The notes beneath the pieces were generated by a model. That model made no database searches and was not told the DNA's origin. It saw nothing but the letters and a program-made list of their open reading frames with translations. The position numbers and the translations under genes are program-made. From Candidatus Latescibacterota bacterium (lineage in GTDB: Bacteria; Latescibacterota; UBA2968; GCA-2709665), in assembly GCA_965248435.1 (NCBI GenBank), contig OZ252100.1, forward strand, positions 3,680,001 through 3,744,000: a stretch of 64,000 nt of DNA, in the 5' to 3' direction. Positions 38,238-47,172 of this stretch are shown here, piece after piece (position 1 is the first letter of the stretch; each line of letters starts with the position of its first letter).

Positions 38238-40692
38238 GTACCGGGATTACTTCAAACAGGCCCTGACGTTCAACTGGCCCGCGGGACTGAAGTCCAAGTC
38301 CGTTGACGCGAGCGTTATCGTCACGCAGCCCTACGGGTTCGAACAGAAGCTGACCGGGAAAGCGAAACGAGTCGACGATCGGGGGGAGGTGGTGATCAAC
38401 TATCCGCTGGTGGACGAGGGCCGGTTTGCGCCGACGCCGTCCACGATCACGGATCCGGAGGGGGCGAAGCGCTGGGGCATGGGCGGCTATCGGTTCGAAC
38501 TCACGCTGAAGTCCGGCAGGAGGAAAGTGGCCTCAGGCGATCTGAGGGTGAATGCGAACGACTTTTTTGGCGAGATCGGGGGCGTGAAGCTGGCGCAGGT
38601 CGATTCGCTGCGTCAGTTCATCGAGTGCTGTCCGGAGCGGCCTGCCTTTATCGACACGACCGAGATGGGCTTTACGATTCGGACGATTCCTGACCGAGTG
38701 AAAACCTGCTCGGTAAAGGTCGAGGTCGTGGACCCGAAGAGTCACAAGCGACTCGCGGGTCCTCTCAACTTGAAACTGACCGGGAAAGTGAGGCGATGCA
38801 GTTTTGATGGGGAGAAATGGGGACCCGGAGAGTTCTGGCTCCGGGTGAGGATCCAGCAGGGGAGCCAGGCGGTCGGGCCCTATCTGATCCGGCAGATCTA
38901 CATGGAGACGCCATACAACCCGAAGCGCCCGGTGAGCCCGCTTCGTGTTGGACATTCGCCGCAGTACATGGTGGACAACTGGATCTTCGAGTCCTCCTCC
39001 GGGCTGCAGCACGCGCCCGATCAGCTGGAGGTCGTGTCGGACGGACCGATCGCGGAGATCGACCGCCCCTGGGAGCAGGGCCCCGATCACCTGGGGATGA
39101 ACTCTTTCACTTATGGCAAAGAAGCGGGCCAGTTTCGCGCTACCTATTACGCCGGACCGCTGACGGAAGACGAGCGGTTGTGGAAGATGGGTGTGCGGTC
39201 GACGATTACCGCCCACTCGACCCGATACCTGTGTCTCACAGTCTCCTCAGACGGCGTCACCTGGGAAAAACCGGATCTGGGCCTCGTGGAATACAAGGGC
39301 TCCAGAAAGAACAACATCCTGAGAGACAAATCGAGCGAAGATTTCCTGATGTCGGGCGAGTTCGACAGCTTTCCGGCGCCGGTGAAGGAGCGCCCGCTTC
39401 CGAAGCGGTATCGCTACCGGTTCTACGATCGCAAAAAGGACGGTCCGGTGGATATGGACAACTTCGTGTTCCGCGTGTTCCTCCAGCAAAGCATGGAGCC
39501 TGCGAACCAGTTCGGAAGCGGGTTCCGACCGAAGCACCGGGAGTTCTGGGGGTTCGAGCGGCGGGGAGACACGTTCCTGGCGCTGACACGCCGGCCCGTC
39601 TTGACTGGCGCGCGAGGCATGCATCTGATTCATACGAACGAACGAGCCTCGACCTTTCCGTTCGAGGGAGACCCGTTTGCGCTCGCCTATCCCGGCGGCC
39701 GGTCTACCGCCACGTTCTACCATCGACACAGCAAGACGTTCTACTACTACTACCGGCCTGACTATCCGGCCTACCCTCCCCACGGGCAGCCCTACTACCT
39801 CTGGCACCGCGTGGCGGCCGTCAGGACGCGCGCTGTGACGTGGACGCGGGACGGGATACACTGGGAGCGGCGTCACCAGACGGTGCCCGACGAGCACGAC
39901 CCGCCAGGTACGACGCTCTACGGGTTCGGCTTCCTCAGGCCGGCGGGCAGTGACCTGAGCGACACGGACGGCCAGCTCCACATGGGTGCGCTGCTGAACT
40001 GGGACTTTTTGACACAGCAGAACCGGCAGCATCTGATGTGGAGCCGGGACTTGATCCACTGGGATAAGTTCGGGGCGAATCGGAAGCCCCTACTGGAAAA
40101 TGGTCCCATAGGGAGCTGGAATACGGGCAGCAGCGGGCTGAACAGCTACACGCAGATCACGAACAGCGACGGGGAGGAGGAGTGGTTGTTCACCTTTACT
40201 GCTGGGAATTCCCGCTACATGCTGGGCAGCGGCTCGGCCGATGACGCTCAATCGTGGGAGGACTTCAAGGCGAGACGTCCATACTACCAGCTCGCGCCTT
40301 TTTTCACGAGTTGGAAGGACTTCTACAATGAGATTCAAAATTGTCGTGTGCTCACCGGCCTCGCTAAATGCAAGGCGGGGAGGCTCGCGCACGTGGAACC
40401 GAGCCGATCAAGAGGGGAGTTCACAACCCTGCCGCTCGTCATGGAAGGAAACCGCCTGCTGCTGAACGGACTGACGGATTCCGGAGGAAGCGTTCGAGTC
40501 GAGGTGCAGGATGCGGAGGGGAACACCTTTCCGGAGCTGGGTCTTGATGACTGTATTCCATTCTCGGGAGATCGAGTAGCCCACGAGGTGAGGTGGAAAC
40601 GGGCGCGGCTGGAGGAAGTGAACGGGAGGGTGGTGAGGCTGAGGGTGGTGCTGGAAGGGGCAAAGTTATACACGTTTAGGATCACAGCGTGA
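38206..40692 (+). CDS. ~828-aa hypothetical propeller protein, copy 4
   Basis: Colinear with copies 1-3. Confidence 0.7.
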   Translation: MNQSKMRLKLEYRDYFKQALTFNWPAGLKSKSVDASVIVTQPYGFEQKLTGKAKRVDDRGEVVINYPLVDEGRFAPTPSTITDPEGAKRWGMGGYRFELTLKSGRRKVASGDLRVNANDFFGEIGGVKLAQVDSLRQFIECCPERPAFIDTTEMGFTIRTIPDRVKTCSVKVEVVDPKSHKRLAGPLNLKLTGKVRRCSFDGEKWGPGEFWLRVRIQQGSQAVGPYLIRQIYMETPYNPKRPVSPLRVGHSPQYMVDNWIFESSSGLQHAPDQLEVVSDGPIAEIDRPWEQGPDHLGMNSFTYGKEAGQFRATYYAGPLTEDERLWKMGVRSTITAHSTRYLCLTVSSDGVTWEKPDLGLVEYKGSRKNNILRDKSSEDFLMSGEFDSFPAPVKERPLPKRYRYRFYDRKKDGPVDMDNFVFRVFLQQSMEPANQFGSGFRPKHREFWGFERRGDTFLALTRRPVLTGARGMHLIHTNERASTFPFEGDPFALAYPGGRSTATFYHRHSKTFYYYYRPDYPAYPPHGQPYYLWHRVAAVRTRAVTWTRDGIHWERRHQTVPDEHDPPGTTLYGFGFLRPAGSDLSDTDGQLHMGALLNWDFLTQQNRQHLMWSRDLIHWDKFGANRKPLLENGPIGSWNTGSSGLNSYTQITNSDGEEEWLFTFTAGNSRYMLGSGSADDAQSWEDFKARRPYYQLAPFFTSWKDFYNEIQNCRVLTGLAKCKAGRLAHVEPSRSRGEFTTLPLVMEGNRLLLNGLTDSGGSVRVEVQDAEGNTFPELGLDDCIPFSGDRVAHEVRWKRARLEEVNGRVVRLRVVLEGAKLYTFRITA

Positions 40693-40706
40693 GATCCAGG
40701 GTTTAG

Positions 40707-40835
40707 AACGCGTACCGGGAAGGCAAAACACGGGTACCGGGGATCACACACTGCAAAAGAATACGGATTGCGGATTTGGGAAAGCGGAATGAATGACCGG
40801 GTACCGGGAAAGCAAAACACGGGTACCGGGTACCG
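40707..40835 (+). repeat. Two GGGTACC arrays separated by ATTGCGG heptamers
   Basis: ..gtaccgggaaggcaaaacacgggtaccggg.. and accgggtaccgggaaagcaaaacacgggtaccgggtaccg. Confidence 0.8.
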
Positions 40836-40907
40836 AAAAAAATTGCTGATCGAGAGTATGTTACAGAGAGGCTTCGTCATTGAATATCCGCCAACGATAT
40901 CAGGTCG

Positions 40908-42911
40908 GTGACTTCGCTGGAAAGAGACATATCATCAGTGGCACGATTGCCGGAAACACACGTCGGCCAGATTTCGGAGCGCGGCGTGACGTTTCGCGCC
41001 GTCACCCTTGGCCTCTCGATCGTGGTCCTGATCAACCTTTGGGTGACCTACTCCGTGACGATCGTGGGCTCGAGTCGGCTCAACCTGAACTACTTTCAGC
41101 TCACGCTCCTGTTCTGTTTCATTCTGCTCGTGGCCGTCGTGAACCCAATCTTCAAGTTGATTCGGAGGGGATTCGCGTTCTCCCCGTCGGAGCTTTTGGC
41201 CATCGTTGCAATCGGCATCGTGGGATCGGTGGCGCCGGCCTCTGGAATCACCGGCTTTTTTCTGGGCATCATCGGTTCTCCTTTCTATTATGCCGCGCCC
41301 GAGAATCAGTGGGCGGAGTTCTACTACCCGCACCTCAGTTCCTGGATGGTCCCCACCGATCGCGAGGCGTTGCGGGCGTTTTACGAGGGCCTTCCGAGAG
41401 GGGCGGAGGCCCCCTGGATCGTCTGGGTGGTACCGCTGGCCTGGTGGGGAAGCGTTATCCTTGCGATCCTGGTAGCGTGCGCCTGCCTGATGGTGATCCT
41501 GAGAAAGCAATGGGTCGAACACGAAAAGCTCGCCTTTCCAATGGTGGAAGTCCCCATCGAACTGGCCCGGGATGCCGATTCGTCACGTCTTTTTCCGGAG
41601 GTGATGCGGCAGAAGCTCTTCTGGGGAGCGGCACTCGCAGCCCTTGTACTGTTCGTCTGGGAGTCCTTCTCGTGGATATTTCCAGGCGTCCCAGACGTCG
41701 CCGTACTCCCCTCCGGCGGGGTCTTCCGGTTTACCCGCTACTCCCCGGCCGTCAACGTTCGGCCCTTGCAGTTCTACACGCTCGGCTTCGCCTATTTCGC
41801 CAACCTGGAGGTGCTCTTCAGCGTCTGGTTTTTTTTCCTTGTGCACGTGGTCGAGGGACACATCTTCAACCGGCTCGGACTACAGGTCGAAAAGGCCACA
41901 GACTCCTTCACGGCCGACCAGGAGATCCAGGCGTGGCAGTGCTTCGGTGCGCTGGCCTGTATGGTCATCTGGCGGCTCTGGGTATCCCGAAGTCACCTGA
42001 GAGATGTCTTTCGGAAGGCCGTGGACGGACGATATCCGGTCGACGATCGGCAGGAGATCCTTTCCTATCGTACTGCGGTGTTAGGCCTGTTGGTGAGCCT
42101 GTCCTACATCCTCTTCCTGTTGAACCAATCGGGCATGGATTTTTTCACGGCGTTCATCTTTATGGTGGGGACGGGAATCATTTATGTCGGGATGGCCAGG
42201 GTTGTTTCCGAAGCCGGCCTGGCCACGACGCAGGCACCGATCACGGCGCAGGCCTTCGTCATGGACATGTGGGGGACGGAAGTGATGTCGGGAGCCACCC
42301 TGACCTCGATCCTGCTTTCCTACTCGCTGATCGACTATATCCGCGGCCTGTTCACGCCAGGACTTGCACAATCCGTCAAGCTGGGCGATCTGATCCGGCG
42401 CAACCGGAGAATTCTGGTCTTCTGGGTCTGCGTCGGTGCGCTTGCGGGACTCGCCTCCTCGGTCTGGTTCACGCTTTTCCTGGGTCACATTCACGGGGCG
42501 CACAACTTCGCGCGCTTCGCCAGAGGCAATCCCAAAGGTGTCTTCTCATCGACCCTCGCACAGATGAAGTCGCCACAGCCGCCCCAGCTGAACCGGATGT
42601 TCTTCTTCGGGATCGGCGCAGCCCTGATGGGTCTGCTGACGTACCTTCGATACCGATTCGCCTGGTGACCGATCCATCCCCTCGGCCTGACGATCTCGGC
42701 GTCGGACAACTCCAAGTCGATCGCGATACCGGTCTTCATGGTCTGGTCGCTCAAGTTGATCCTGATACGAATCGGAGGGGTGTCCCTCTATCAAAGAGCG
42801 AAACCCCTCTTCCTGGGTCTGCTGGTCGGCTACACGCTGGGTGTCGTCTGGTGTTTTCTGGTTGATCTGATCTGGTTTCCCGGACACGGACACGGGGTGC
42901 ACGCCTGGTAA
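40908..42911 (+). pseudogene. DUF6785/DUF6784 membrane protein paralogue with an in-frame TGA at 42666-42668
   Basis: RYRFAW*PIHPLG aligns with RYRFSWWPFHPIG of 8931; the frame continues 80 codons to ..WFPGHGHGVHAW-TAA (42911), matching the paralogue's C-terminus. Confidence 0.8.
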
Positions 42912-43042
42912 CCGGGTACCGGGATAGGTAGATAGGTTACAGAGACCTGACGGTTTGGGGGCGACGCCTGCGTCGCCCCGAGAAATCAAAACACGGGTAC
43001 CGGGATCCGTAAAATCAAATTGCGGATTTGGGATTGCGGATT
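42911..43042 (+). repeat. GGGTACC array split by a REP-like hairpin, followed by ATTGCGG heptamers
   Basis: accgggtaccggga ... ggggcgacgcctgcgtcgcccc ... aatcaaaacacgggtaccggga; then aattgcggatttgggattgcggatt. Confidence 0.7.
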
Positions 43043-43217
43043 GAAAGGCGTCGTCATTGCTGAGGTTCAAAGGGAAGACGGGGTGGCAGGCATCGTGAGA
43101 GATTGCTTGCGATATCCTATCGCGCGAGCTTCATTGAGCGGGGATTCGTATTTGAGATTCATACTGTGATCGCAGATGTTTGTTCACCAACCCAAACACC
43201 TGAAGGAGTCGTAAATT

Positions 43218-43940
43218 ATGAGCACTGAAGCAGAAAAGAGAGTGGGAGGTTATCCGGATCCGCCGCAGACCCGCGAGCGCCTGGAGATGGAGACGTACGA
43301 GTATCATATGCCATTCAACTATTCGAACATTACCGTGAACCTGCGCTACCTTCGGGGCAAGGAGTTTCACGGTATAGAGTTGAATGCGATCAACTCGATC
43401 GGGGCGGACGGAGAACACCTGCCCCCCGACAATATCACGATCGAGGAAGAGGATCCGATCGTGAAGGTGGTTGTGATCGGCTCTGCGTGTACACCGCCGG
43501 GATGGGTGCAGTGCGAGGCTTTTCCGACTGAGGAGTTCTACAAACCGGTCGACGTGCCGGGCGGCGCGGCTGTGCGATACCGGGTCAACAACCTTTGGGG
43601 AACTCACCTCCGTTGTGATACATGGCTGGTAGAGGCCGATGGTGAGTTTAAAGAACACAGGGGCCGGACCTACGAAGACGTTCCCGATGCTCGCTACGCC
43701 CTCTGGCAGGGCGTGCCTGTGGATCAGGTGGATCCGAAATCGAAGAACTGGCGCATCAAGTCCCACTATCGTGAGAACCCGCTTGTGGGGATGAGCTGTG
43801 CGATCTTCGAGATCCCCAAATCCAACAAGGTGATCATCACGGGCGGATCCGAAATCTGCGCGTGGAGCGACGACAACTACCCCGATGACCTCCACTACTC
43901 GTTTCGCACGATACGGACGACACTCGCTGTGGGGAAATAG
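43218..43940 (+). CDS. Hypothetical protein, distant paralogue of 55477..56211
   Basis: GAAGGAG RBS; shares PFxYxN, ITIEEExPIV, GSxC and KVxIxGG motifs. Confidence 0.75.
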   Translation: MSTEAEKRVGGYPDPPQTRERLEMETYEYHMPFNYSNITVNLRYLRGKEFHGIELNAINSIGADGEHLPPDNITIEEEDPIVKVVVIGSACTPPGWVQCEAFPTEEFYKPVDVPGGAAVRYRVNNLWGTHLRCDTWLVEADGEFKEHRGRTYEDVPDARYALWQGVPVDQVDPKSKNWRIKSHYRENPLVGMSCAIFEIPKSNKVIITGGSEICAWSDDNYPDDLHYSFRTIRTTLAVGK

Positions 43941-43994
43941 GTACGTCCATCTGCACGATTTTAGAGTAGCTGACAGACGAAAGGAACTCATCCT

Positions 43995-44948
43995 TTGGCG
44001 ACTGTGACTGCGTGTTCTACACTTGGATTCTCGCTTTCTCCGCTGGAGGTCGCGCTGGAGCATATCTCCGCCTACGGTTTTTCGAAGGTGGAGCTTTCAG
44101 ACCAGGTGACGCACAGCCAGCACTACGGCGTCGACTCGGTGGATCCTCTGGAGGTCAAGCGCCAGCTGGACCGATACGCCCTGGAACCTGTCGCCGTCAA
44201 CGCGTGTCTGACGGCGATTTTCGACACGGGCCAGTGGGGGCGCTCGAAGCTGCCGGTCGAGCAACAATCCGGGGCCGAGACGGAAGAGATTCGGGAGGCG
44301 AAAAAGAACCTGATCTACCTCAAGGTCCACGACAGTGAAGAGGGCGCTGCCTACATCGAGCGCGTGCGGCTGATGATCGACAAGGCGAAGGTTACCGGGA
44401 TCCCGAAGGTCTGCGTACAGGGAGGCCGAAGGAAGCAGATTGAAGATGTCGAGTTCGAGCTGAAAGCCTCCGCCGAGGTGATCGATGGTTTGGCCGACTA
44501 CGCCGCGGAATGCGGCGTCAGACTCCTGATGGAGCTGCCTCACGTATGGGGGCTGTGCTACGACGTGGAGAAGTCGAAGACCATGCTCTCCTCCCTGAGG
44601 TCAGACAACGTCGGCGCGCTCATCGATTCGACGCACTGGCATACCAGCGGCTACGAGATCGAGGAGTATGTCCGATTTCTGGGCGAACGACTCTGGCACA
44701 TCCACCTGCGAGATGCGGCCGGAAAGGATACGCCGTCCGGGGACTATGAGCTGGAGAAGACACCGGGGAAAGGGGAGGTGGATTTCGCCAAGCTTGGAGA
44801 GACGTTGGACAAGTACGGATACCGCGGCGACGTCACGCTGGAGACGGAGTACAAGAATTACAACAGTCCGGACGAGGTGGACGAAGAGAACCGGTTTGCG
44901 ATGGATTATCTCAGAAGTGTGGGTTGGGAAGTGAGTTTAGAGGAGTGA
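43995..44948 (+). CDS. Sugar phosphate isomerase/epimerase (xylose isomerase-like TIM barrel)
   Basis: GVRLLME, IDSTHW, HIHLRD, PGKGEVDF, GYRGDVTLE. Confidence 0.85.
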   Translation: MATVTACSTLGFSLSPLEVALEHISAYGFSKVELSDQVTHSQHYGVDSVDPLEVKRQLDRYALEPVAVNACLTAIFDTGQWGRSKLPVEQQSGAETEEIREAKKNLIYLKVHDSEEGAAYIERVRLMIDKAKVTGIPKVCVQGGRRKQIEDVEFELKASAEVIDGLADYAAECGVRLLMELPHVWGLCYDVEKSKTMLSSLRSDNVGALIDSTHWHTSGYEIEEYVRFLGERLWHIHLRDAAGKDTPSGDYELEKTPGKGEVDFAKLGETLDKYGYRGDVTLETEYKNYNSPDEVDEENRFAMDYLRSVGWEVSLEE

Positions 44949-44950
44949 TG

Positions 44951-45000
44951 GACCGGGTACCGGAAAATCAATATACGGGTACCGGGAAGACAAGACACGG
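44951..45000 (+). repeat. GGGTACC array, solo left arm
   Basis: gaccgggtaccggaaaatcaatatacgggtaccgggaagacaagacacgg, 2 nt after the TGA stop. Confidence 0.8.
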
Positions 45001-45087
45001 CTTCGCCAGCAGGAGCCGCCCCCGTGTCTTGGCACGGGGCGTGCTCACGGCGGCGAATGTCAACTTTCGGAAATCGGAGAGTGATCG

Positions 45088-46617
45088 ATGAGGTTACAGG
45101 TCCCAGGGTCGGAGTTCATCGTCGACATCGGCACGCGTAAGCAGCTGTTTGTGGATGACTACATCATCGAGACGACGCGCTGGATTGTTCCGCGACTGGC
45201 CGAGACGGCCCGATGGGTGCAGCCGCCCGCCCGAGCCCGGACCGACCTGGACGGATGGAGCGAGGCGACCGACAAAATCGAGGGAGACGTGCCGGGCCAT
45301 CTGCTCAGGGCGACGGCGTTCGTGACACGGAACATGAATCAGCCTGAGCGGTACGAGGGTAATCCGATCATGCAGAGGGCACATCCATGGGAGGGCAGGA
45401 GTGCTCCACACCCAACGGATATTATTTACGATGAAGAAGACGGGATCTGGAAGATGTGGTACCTCGGCGTGACCGTCGACGAGATCCCTGAACGGAAGAT
45501 CGTGTACAACACTATGTATGCCACGTCTGAAGACGGCATCACGTGGGAAAGACCGACGCTGGGTGTCGTAAACAGAAATGGAAACGACACGAACATCGTG
45601 AACGAATGCAAGGGTCAATTCGTTGTGAAGGACAAAGACGCAGACCCTTCCAGGCGTTACAAGATGGGTCACGGTCCGTTGCTCCACTGGGACCCCCCGA
45701 TCGAGGCCGCGATCTACCATTCCCCCGACGGGATCCACTGGACGCCCGACCCCGGTCCGACCCAGAGTGACCGTGGAGACGAGACCTTGTCTATCATGTA
45801 TGACCCCGTGAGCAAGAAGTACATCGGGTTCTGCCGGAACGCCTACCCTGAACCGCGGCTGACTCACCGGACGGAGCGATCGACCCAGAGGATGCAGAGC
45901 AATGATCTGATCCACTGGTCGATATCGGCTCCCATCATCGACAAGGACCCGCTGGATCCGTTCGACACCGACTTTTACGGTTTGCAGGGGATGTACTATG
46001 AGAGTATGTATCTGGGATTTCTTAACATTCACCGCGCGGGCCCTGATCATATGGAGGTGTGGCTGTCCCACAGTAGAGACAGTTTCCACTGGGAGCGGAT
46101 ACGGACCGGCCCGTTTCTTCCTCGAGGATCAGACGGGAGTTGGGAATGGGGCATGGCTCAAATGTTTCAGGCCCCGATGAGGGTCGGTGATGAGCTCTGG
46201 TTCTATTATACGGGCGTGGCGGGACTGCACGATGGTGGGAATGGCGCTGCGGGTCTGGGGCTGGCGAAGCTTCGCCTGGACGGGTTCGTGTCGATCGACG
46301 CGATCGACAACGCGCACAGGCGCGCAGGAAGAAACTACCCGCCGACGCTGATGACCAAGCCGCTGAAATCACCCGGCAATCGGCTCGTCGTGAACGCGGT
46401 CGCTTCAGGGGGGTATCTCGACGCGGAGTTGCTTAACACGGATGGCCACGTGATCGACGGCTATTCCAGGGCGGACTGCGACACGTTTAAAGGGGACAGC
46501 CTGGCGCATACGTTCACCTGGAAAGGGAACGCGGATATTGGTGGCTGCATTCCCATCAGAGTTCGGTTTTACATGGATAATGCGAGACTTTTCGCGCTGC
46601 AGATTCCTGAAGGATAA
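45088..46617 (+). CDS. GH32/GH43-like five-bladed propeller hypothetical protein, copy 1
   Basis: KQLFVDD, YATSEDGITWERP, SPDGIHWT, LRLDGFVS; no signal peptide. Confidence 0.7.
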   Translation: MRLQVPGSEFIVDIGTRKQLFVDDYIIETTRWIVPRLAETARWVQPPARARTDLDGWSEATDKIEGDVPGHLLRATAFVTRNMNQPERYEGNPIMQRAHPWEGRSAPHPTDIIYDEEDGIWKMWYLGVTVDEIPERKIVYNTMYATSEDGITWERPTLGVVNRNGNDTNIVNECKGQFVVKDKDADPSRRYKMGHGPLLHWDPPIEAAIYHSPDGIHWTPDPGPTQSDRGDETLSIMYDPVSKKYIGFCRNAYPEPRLTHRTERSTQRMQSNDLIHWSISAPIIDKDPLDPFDTDFYGLQGMYYESMYLGFLNIHRAGPDHMEVWLSHSRDSFHWERIRTGPFLPRGSDGSWEWGMAQMFQAPMRVGDELWFYYTGVAGLHDGGNGAAGLGLAKLRLDGFVSIDAIDNAHRRAGRNYPPTLMTKPLKSPGNRLVVNAVASGGYLDAELLNTDGHVIDGYSRADCDTFKGDSLAHTFTWKGNADIGGCIPIRVRFYMDNARLFALQIPEG

Positions 46618-46618
46618 A

Positions 46619-46670
46619 GACCGGGTACAGGGGAAGCAAAACACGGGTACCGGGAGGACAAAACACGGGA
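46619..46670 (+). repeat. GGGTACC array, left arm of the four-helix-bundle cassette
   Basis: accgggtacaggggaagcaaaacacgggtaccgggaggacaaaacacggga right after the TAA stop. Confidence 0.8.
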
Positions 46671-46710
46671 AAACCCAGAAATCTCAAAAAGCTAGGTACT
46701 GGGTGGGAAT

Positions 46711-47088
46711 ATGAAAGTGAACAGCTATAAGGACCTGGACGTATGGAATAAGGGCATCGAAATCGTAGATCACGTATATGAGATCACGTCTCAGTTTCCG
46801 AAGGAAGAAACGTATGGCTTAGCAGCCCACATGCAAAAAACGGCCATATCCATACCATCAAACGTCTCGGAAGGTCACGCTCGACAACATACCAGAGAGT
46901 ATCAACAGTTTTGTCATATCGCTCTCGGTTCGTGTGCAGAATTGTTTACACAGCTAACCATCGCAAAGCGACGAAGCTATGTGTCAGAGCAAGACTTTGC
47001 GAAATTGGAAGACGAATTGGATCACGAGACTCGAATGCTCCAGAATTTGATTGGTAGTCTAAAGGATAAAACAAACAGGGAATCCTAG
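46711..47088 (+). CDS. Four helix bundle protein (23S rRNA intervening-sequence protein family, Avd-like fold)
   Basis: SYKDLDVWNK, FPKEETYGL, AISIPSNVSEG, IALGSCAEL.TQL; lower GC than neighbouring genes. Confidence 0.92.
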   Translation: MKVNSYKDLDVWNKGIEIVDHVYEITSQFPKEETYGLAAHMQKTAISIPSNVSEGHARQHTREYQQFCHIALGSCAELFTQLTIAKRRSYVSEQDFAKLEDELDHETRMLQNLIGSLKDKTNRES

Positions 47089-47102
47089 TCTTGATATTTT
47101 TC

Positions 47103-47131
47103 GGACCCCGGTACCCGGACCCCGGTACCCG
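47103..47131 (-). repeat. Inverted GGTACCC array, right arm of the cassette
   Basis: ggaccccggtacccggaccccggtacccg, reverse-complement orientation of the left-arm motif. Confidence 0.8.
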
Positions 47132-47172
47132 AGATCGGGAAACAGGTTGCGTTTTTCGTTAGGAGGTCATCA

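Noticed and set aside
42666-42668. Genome-wide TGA=Trp recoding or selenocysteine
   Set aside because: Paralogue alignments show TGA used as a true terminator, Trp is encoded by TGG elsewhere, and the aligned residue is Trp rather than Cys.
40880-42865. 661-aa ORF in an alternative + frame over the DUF6785 gene
   Set aside because: Arg/Pro/Gly-rich composition typical of a shifted frame in high-GC DNA; the other frame aligns throughout with 8931..10916, and the shifted frames of that paralogue give only shorter, broken ORFs.
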